Below are positions 33,401 through 39,355 of a stretch of 39,355 bases of DNA, piece by piece (the stretch's first letter is position 1; each line of letters begins with the position of its first letter). The position numbers were made by a program, and so were the translations under genes. The DNA is from Catajapyx aquilonaris. Its lineage: Eukaryota. The stretch spans positions 1 through 39,355 of the forward strand of contig KZ538941.1 in NCBI GenBank assembly GCA_000934665.2, read 5' to 3'. The notes below the pieces were generated by a model that was given only the letters and a program-made list of their open reading frames with translations, ran no database searches and was not told the DNA's origin.

Positions 33401-35410
33401 CTGGTGGGTTCATCACATCCTTCTGGAGCTTTTCCTCCATCTCCTTCCGACTGTGGTCATCCTTCGTCTTTGTTCCCATCACTGATTTGGCCTCCTTTAT
33501 CCAAAATACACCTGCACTGCTGACACTCAGCACCTCTATGGGGCACCCATGATCCCACAGGGCTTTCTCACCATCTCCTACAGTTGGCAAAATCTTCTGT
33601 AAGATCTCTTCAGATAGCTGGAAGAATACAAACAATATGGCACATAAGATGCATTTTCCGTGCATTAACACAATCTCCCTGGCTTTTGATGATAAAAATT
33701 TTCTGTCAGCTGTATAATTTTATTTTATTTTTATTCATTTTATTTTATTTTATTTACCTCATGATACAACACTTGGTCGTTATACAGGGGGGTGGCAGAC
33801 CACCATACAGTTTTCTTAATGGTTTTTATCTTCAAACTCAGGTGCAAGGATTACTGGGAAATGGGGTAAGGGTTGGGGGGTTTGGGGAGGGGGCAGGGGA
33901 CACATGTGCAGGTGATTTGTCCAGCGGTGGGCCAGGTGCAGCTGTATAATAAGGATCACTGGATTGAACAACAACAGTGTGACCTTAATGTTACTCAGCG
34001 AGCCACATTACAAGGCACTTCCTAAGTATTACACTCCTTGCTCTGTCAAGGTGAAATACTTCCCAAATTTGGAACAATAAAATGACTAATTCTTCCTAGG
34101 ATATTGATTATGGAACAATAGCGGATGTTGGGGAATTGAAATGCATTATGGCATTTCGGTCTATTGTCTGCAAAATTAATGTCATGCACTCAGTCACTGC
34201 AAAGGTTCCAACATTCCAGGTGAAAGGACAAGGCACAAAATGTATGGGCGAGTGGCCTTCCGTTCGATATGCCTGAAAATGGGATATGTTGTAGCCCAGA
34301 CCGTCCTGATCAATGTTAGATAGGGTCATTTCGAGGTAGGACCTGGTAGGACCTACAGGGAGCGTGCTATGGACCTCTGAAGGTCATATGGGATATGATC
34401 TGGTTTTCCGCTCGATTTGCCTGAAAATGGGATATGTTGCAGCCCAGACCATCCTGATCAATGTGGATAGGGACATTTCGAGGTAGGACCTACAGGGAGC
34501 ATGCTAATTGCTATTCATCGAAGAGGCTACTCAATACCATAGAAGACTGCTGTGAGAGATACCTTCCTTACATTGACCCAATGAATGTTGAAGTGCAGCT
34601 GGAGGAAACTCCAGATGACAACCTTCAAGGAGTAGAATTTGAACCAGATGAATTTGTAATAAAGAATAATAGATAATTTAATGCAATAACCATTGAGTTC
34701 CTGGAGACAAGATTATTGTAGTCTATTACTCCCCCTATTACCTTCGGAGGTCATTAGCAGGCTCCCTGTAGGTCCCACCTGAAAATGTCCCTATGCAACA
34801 TTGATCAGGACGGTCTGGGCTGCAACATATCCAATTATCAGGCATATCGAACGGAAGGCCACTCGCCCATACATTTTGTGCCTTGTCCTTTCGTCATGCA
34901 TCAAAGGCAATTTTCCACTGGCAGCATGTAAAGGAGCAGGAATTAACTTTCCTTAGAAGCCAAATGTATACCTCAAAGTTCTCCATAACTTGAACCTCTG
35001 GCAACAATTTAGTGCAAAGTATATTGCGTGAACTGGAAATCGGAGCAAGTTTAGCTGGCCTGACTTGCACGCACCATCTTTACAACAGAGGTCAGTCGAC
35101 TGTTGCCAGTTGAAGTGAAGCTTTAAACATTAATCGGTCCCTGTCCGGTTAGGTACGGCACCATAGTTCCTGAACATTTCCTTGGGTTCCATAGTCCACA
35201 TAGTTCCATAGTCAGCCGGGACTGATGGAACGCTGTCTGCCCTATATACTGGCATGTCCCGGCTGCTATGGACTTTTCAACATTCACTGGACTGTTCCCC
35301 TCGCCCCATACAAGTCCCTGGAACATGGCACTTACCCGCATCCTCGTTTGCTCATCGCGTCTCTCCTCGTCCGCTCGTCCGAAGCCGTCAATGAAGGCCG
35401 CTTCCATCAT
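27330..35410 (-). CDS. Multi-exon gene: TDRD12-like extended Tudor domain + linker + TRBP/PACT/Loqs-type dsRBD3 (~452 aa, ~488 aa with an optional exon)
   Basis: Exons 35410-35336, 33617-33375, 33034-32772, 31692-31285, 28526-28406, [optional 28264-28157], 27859-27757 and 27475-27330. All introns are GT-AG with compatible phases (0,0,2,2,0,[0],1). The core model totals 1359 nt, ATG to TGA, with no internal stop. Confidence 0.75.
27757..27859 (-). CDS. Coding exon: first half of dsRBD3-type domain (alpha1-beta1)
   Basis: Acceptor ATCTTTTTCAG (phase 0) and donor G|GTGAGC (phase 1). Encodes ATEKKPPNFATILRKIAIAEKWDVAFIQMPTTTA, matching the (D/N)Y..LL.EIA.EQ.F.V.Y.DI pattern of Loqs/PACT dsRBD3. 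Confidence 0.85.
28406..28526 (-). CDS. Linker exon of the Tudor-dsRBD gene
   Basis: Acceptor TTTTTTAACTGCACTCTTGCAG, phase 2 as required by the upstream exon. Encodes CGKETNFGPIPSSQPRDPTSTSASHRASGVYVQDPNVPTK, then donor AAG|GTACTG (alternative CAC|GTGAGA, exon end 28394). Confidence 0.6.
29602..30230. mobile_element. Degenerate fold-back element in an intron
   Basis: Perfect 23-bp inverted pair ATGTCACAGCACATGTGGTGTGT (29617-29639 and 30193-30215), plus further inverted blocks (CACACTTTTGAAA with TTTCAAAAGTGTG; CCCCTCCAGATCT with AGATCTGGAGGGG). Confidence 0.8.
31285..31692 (-). CDS. Coding exon 4: C-terminal SN-like part of the extended Tudor domain plus start of linker
   Basis: Acceptor GACTTTTCCAG, phase 2, 408 nt open, donor AA|GTAAGT. 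Begins LGINWSPAATNFVATLLKD, the W..AA...F..LL signature of extended Tudor domains. Confidence 0.85.
32772..33034 (-). CDS. Coding exon 3: Tudor barrel
   Basis: Acceptor TTTCCTTCTAAACAG and donor GG|GTGAGT. Encodes MVAAFYAGSSSKKWQRAVVEEV..YTVMLVDRGYSIRVPDYNIRSLPDWAKSLPYQVMVVKLFGVVP, matching the Tudor pattern WxRA..V.xxD.G....V....IR.L......LP.QA....L.GV.P. Confidence 0.9.
33375..33617 (-). CDS. Coding exon 2: N-terminal SN-like strands and helix of the extended Tudor domain
   Basis: Acceptor GTATTCTTCCAG and donor GAG|GTGGGT, 243 nt open. IEVLSVSSAGVFWIKE matches the V.V..V.SP..FWV motif of extended Tudor domains. Confidence 0.85.
34222..34892. mobile_element. Non-autonomous DNA element with ~140-bp TIRs and an internal direct duplication
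   Basis: GAAAGGACAAGGCACAAAATGTATGGGCGAGTGGCCTTCCGTTCGATATGCCTGA at 34222 is mirrored ending at 34892. Segment ~34263-34362 is repeated directly at ~34413-34500. No clear TSD. Confidence 0.85.
35336..35410 (-). CDS. Probable first coding exon of the Tudor-dsRBD gene
   Basis: ACCATGATGG start context, MMEAAFIDGFGRADEERRDEQTRMR, and consensus donor CGG|GTAAGT in phase 0, matching exon 2. Confidence 0.7.
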
Positions 35411-35923
35411 GGTCCTGTATTATAATAATTATTTATATGACCTGAACAAAAACTGAAGGGAGGATGGAGTCGGGGGGCAAAGATTAACGCGGATTGAAGA
35501 CCCAGATGACACACAGACACCTATGGCCTCTTCACTGTTCCTTGGTCGGGGGTGGGGGTGGGAGCGAGGTGGGAGGAGAGGGGGGACGGATGACGTGGCC
35601 AGACAACACGGTTCGGCTCGTAGCCGCTAGTAGCTCTGCATCACTGGGCAATGGATGGCGTCTACTACATACGCTATGAATTTCAGCCAAATATTAAGGG
35701 ATATGTGCACAGGTACTTATTTTGTATGAAAATTTATAAGCACGATGTGTTCCAGTCTGAAATTTTATGGGATCGTATTAAAATAGAGAACTCATCCCAT
35801 GAATGCAGCGCCATCATCTTACTAACGAAATAGCGAGATCTGCCTGAGGATCTGCCCGACAAAGTAACACCACCCAACTAGCCGCAGCCCGGTACTTTCC
35901 AAATTTTGAAAATTGTAATGTCA

Positions 35924-38036
35924 TCTATACGTAGCCTACATAATGAGTTTGTTTGTGGAGTTGTTTGTGGCTTCGCTATAGAACTCCAGGGGAATGTCCC
36001 TACACTGCCTTAAACTAGCTCATTGGGGGTTACTTTTTTCGACGCATGTTTCAGCTTCCGACAATGAACCCATGACTCCGACAACACGCATAATTTCACA
36101 TTTCAAATATTCAATTATCACGTTTCTATGACATTTCAAATTCCCATGGAGATGCCCTCACTACACAGAAATTCGTCAGATTTTTAAGCAAGAATTGAGA
36201 CTTTTTACTACTATAGTATTGTTTGAGGGCATCTCCAAGGAAACAGCTAGTTCCAGAGGTGCATTGTCGGAGATATCGTGTGTCCCTCTTCTGTTTCACA
36301 ATGCCTCCAAAGAAGCGTTACACATTATTCCAATCTCCTTCTGCCAAACGCCAGAGAACTAAAAAGCAGCAAAAAACTGCAAAAGAGCGACATTCCCGTC
36401 TACAACTGAAAGTAGTAAGACAAGCTAAACATAGGAAAAAAGAAACTGCAGAAGAGCTCCTCTGCACCCTAAAGAGTCTCTCGATGTGCCATAAATATTT
36501 GGCCGTGATATGTTAAATGGGAGCCGAGATTTAATTCGGGCTTCGAACTTAATGACTGCACCTGAACTGAAATCAGCGAGACAAGCTGAACAGAGGCAGA
36601 AAAGAAACTTCCGAAGAGCTAGAGTCCCGTCTAACTGCAATCAGCCAGACAAGGCAAGGTAAGAACTAATGCATATCGACAGTGGAATCAACGGGCATTT
36701 ATATAACTATGACCCATAGCGACTATGCCATTGACGATTCCATTGCTATTGGTGCGATGATACAAGTATGTCACCGCTGCGGGGCTAAGAAATGGAGCAA
36801 CGAAACAGCAGGAATGTGCTGTTCTAATGGCAACATAAAGTTCCATTTGCTCCTGATCCGCCTGATGAGCCTCTAAGTTTACTCCTCACTGGCACAACTA
36901 AAGAATCCAGGCAATTTCTATCTAATGACAGAAAGTACTGTGCCTTTCAAATGACATCATTTGGGGCCAAGATTGTTACCCAGGTTGCATTTATACCTAC
37001 ATTTAACTACAGGTCCAAGGTCAGGTTTATCACCGGACTGGGACTCTACAGCCTCTTCCAAACGAACAGGCCCAATTTCTGCAGGTTTACTTTGTTGGAG
37101 ATCTACAAACAAGGAACACATGATCGAGTCTGAGAGGCTTTGTTACATTCGGACCCATCAAAAAGAGCTGAGATTAGATTCATATATTCACTTGCGCGAT
37201 GCCATCAGCAGCGATACCGCAGCAACAACTACGCATTCTTCCATCAAGACACTGGCGGCCCGAGATACGTATATGCATGGGCGTACACAAGATCCAATGA
37301 CATGTATGTCAGACACTATATGAAAGACCTGACTTATTCATTACCTTCACTTGCAACTCTAAGTGGAACGAAATTATTGTAGAAGAGCTTCTTCCAGGTC
37401 TAACACCTGAAGATAGACCTGATATTTCAACAGGGGTTTTCCATCTTAAATTACTTAAATTGATGGACCTTGTAAAGAAGGGTCAAGTTTTTGGACCTGT
37501 TCGATGTGACATGTACACTATTGAGTGGCAGAAGAGAGGACTACCACACGCCCATATTCTGATCTGGCTTTCTACTAAAATTCATTCCAATCAGATTGAC
37601 TCCATTATTTCAGCTGAACTGCCTGATCCCTCACTATAGACAAATACATTCTGAAGGCCACAATGGTATATCGTCCATGTGGCAAACTCAATTCCAACTC
37701 TCCTTGCATGGCAGGCGACAAGTGTACCAAAAGATATCCCAGGAAATTCCTAAACGAAACCCGGACAGGAGATGACGGATACCCTTCCTATAGATAGTAT
37801 AGAAGAAGCCCTCAGGATGGTGGATTCACGGCAAAGGTTGGTAGACATAATTATGTGGACAACCAATGGATAGTACCGTACTGTCCCTTGCTGACAAAAG
37901 CTTTTAATGCCCATCTTAATGTGGAATATTTCAACTCCGTTAAGTTCATAAAATATGTATGCAAATATGTAAATAAGGGCTCAGACGCTGCTGCTTTTGC
38001 TCTTCAACAACAAAATGTACACGATGAAGTCACGCT
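35924..38036 (+). mobile_element. 3'-truncated, decayed Helitron (5' end + Rep domain remnant)
   Basis: 5' end A|TCTATAC...GAGTTTGTTTG. Fragments in order: CHRCGAKKWSNETAGMCCSNG (Zn finger), FQMTSFGA, IESERLCYIRTHQKELRLDSYIHLRDAI, LFITFTCN, EWQKRGLPHAHILIWL (HUH motif), DGYPSYR, DNQWIVPYCPLL..AHLNVE..IKYVCKYVNKGSD (YxxKY). Many frameshifts; no helicase or CTAG 3' end seen. Confidence 0.93.
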
Positions 38037-38342
38037 GCAACATGTACCCATACTTGACTTCCCCATTGAACATGTTTCTTACACTAGTATTTGGTTATCT
38101 ATATTTTTTTGGTGGACTTACTGTTTTCCTCAGAAAAAATGTCAGTTGCCTCCTGTTGCCTCCGGTTCCACACGTCTTGTGTGACGGTCTCCATTTTCAT
38201 ACCCTGTTTTCCTCCATGCCATGGTTGGAGAAGGATGTTGTTCCACGACTGACGGAGTTTCATCATTGTTGGGTTCTAGTTGATGTGAGTGTACTTCAAA
38301 TCGGAGACAAGGATTGTGTGATGAGTATTGCATAAGCTATAG

Positions 38343-38572
38343 CATGGGCGTAGCCAGGGGGGGGGGCAGGGGGGNCTTGGCCCGATATTCCGCTGTGTCT
38401 CTGTCCCCATGGACATCATGGCTGAACATCGGCCATATTGGGCTATGTTGCGCCGGCTTCCCCAATGTTGCCCCAATGTTGCCCCCATATTGCTTGCTGC
38501 AGGGGGGAGGATGAGGACAGGTGGGGCCCTCCCCCCCCCCCCCCCCCAACCTAAATCCTGGCTACGCCCATG
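38343..38572. mobile_element. hAT-type MITE with 8-bp TSD
   Basis: TIRs CATGGGCGTAGCCAGG ... CCTGGCTACGCCCATG, with TSD AGCTATAG at 38335-38342 and 38573-38580. Confidence 0.92.
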
Positions 38573-39355
38573 AGCTATAGAAGTGTACTTCCTTCAAGTG
38601 TTGGCATCTTGCTTCTGCCACTTTGAGTTTGTTTCAATTGTTGAAGTGTTATTGGTTGATTATTATCTTTCCTCATTTGGTGAGAATTGGTTGATTTATG
38701 GTGATAGTGATCCTGTATAATTGCATTTATTACGATTTGGTACTTATGCATGTACCTTCCAGAATATGGTTCATTTGACTGCGGAAAGCTTGCCTGAGTT
38801 AGGATCCCGTAATCAGCATCCTGTCAGCTGTGTCCAAGGACTTTCACCATCACTGAAAGAAGATAGGATTTATCTGCCTCTTTTGAGTTCAATTTTATTG
38901 TAAATAATATTGATGTAAATAAATATATGCAGTATATGTATCAGCTGCTTGTCTTGCTGCATTGCTTGCTTCTCTGCTAATTACTTGCTTCCTAATTATT
39001 GTGACAAAAGCCTAACCAAACACATTCTGACCAATTTATTAGTCCTGACTTCCAAAGTGACTACCCTCCTGAATTTTGAAATTTTTTGGAGTTTCTAATT
39101 CTGCTTGGCCTATAGTGTTGAGAAAACATCACCTCCGCTGCTAATTTACACGTTAGCAGGGTGAAAATACAGCCAAAAGGCGATGTTCCAAAGCCACAAC
39201 ACTTGCACCCGGTCGCGAGTCGCAGGCCAGCGCCAACGAGGGATAAATAGGGTACAGGCAGGCCGTAAAGGTCCGCCATCTTTGATGGTTTTGCCATGGA
39301 ACTTCACGGCAAGAACACGTACGAATGTGAATATTTTTGCCGTGCATATTAAAGG

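Noticed and set aside
27330..38036. Helitron-mediated capture as the origin of the Tudor-dsRBD fusion
   Set aside because: The gene lies outside the Helitron, upstream of its 5' TC terminus and on the opposite strand, and no enclosing Helitron 3' end was seen.

Overview
Eukaryotic, repeat-rich genomic window, most likely from a hemimetabolous insect (inferred from the SINE families and the insect-type roadkill sequence), with one 51-N assembly gap. It holds two apparently intact minus-strand genes. (1) roadkill/SPOP (MATH-BTB, 374 aa), whose whole core CDS is one exon (15419-16543). (2) A multi-exon gene (35410 to 27330) that the ORF track shows only in fragments. Reconstructed by hand from GT-AG sites and intron phases, it encodes about 452-488 aa: an N-terminal TDRD12-like extended Tudor domain, a low-complexity linker, and a C-terminal TRBP/PACT/Loquacious-type third dsRBD (the Dicer-binding, non-RNA-binding type). 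I do not recognise this Tudor + dsRBD3 architecture from any characterised protein, and it is the main candidate for a novel small-RNA-pathway adaptor. The window also contains an intron-containing protein tyrosine phosphatase pseudogene (2275-3779), a histone H2B pseudogene (21441-21754), a Helitron Rep remnant, mariner, pogo, hAT and Buster derivatives, several fold-back elements and tRNA-derived SINEs with target-site duplications (TSDs). All homology calls are from reading motifs by eye; no database search was run.
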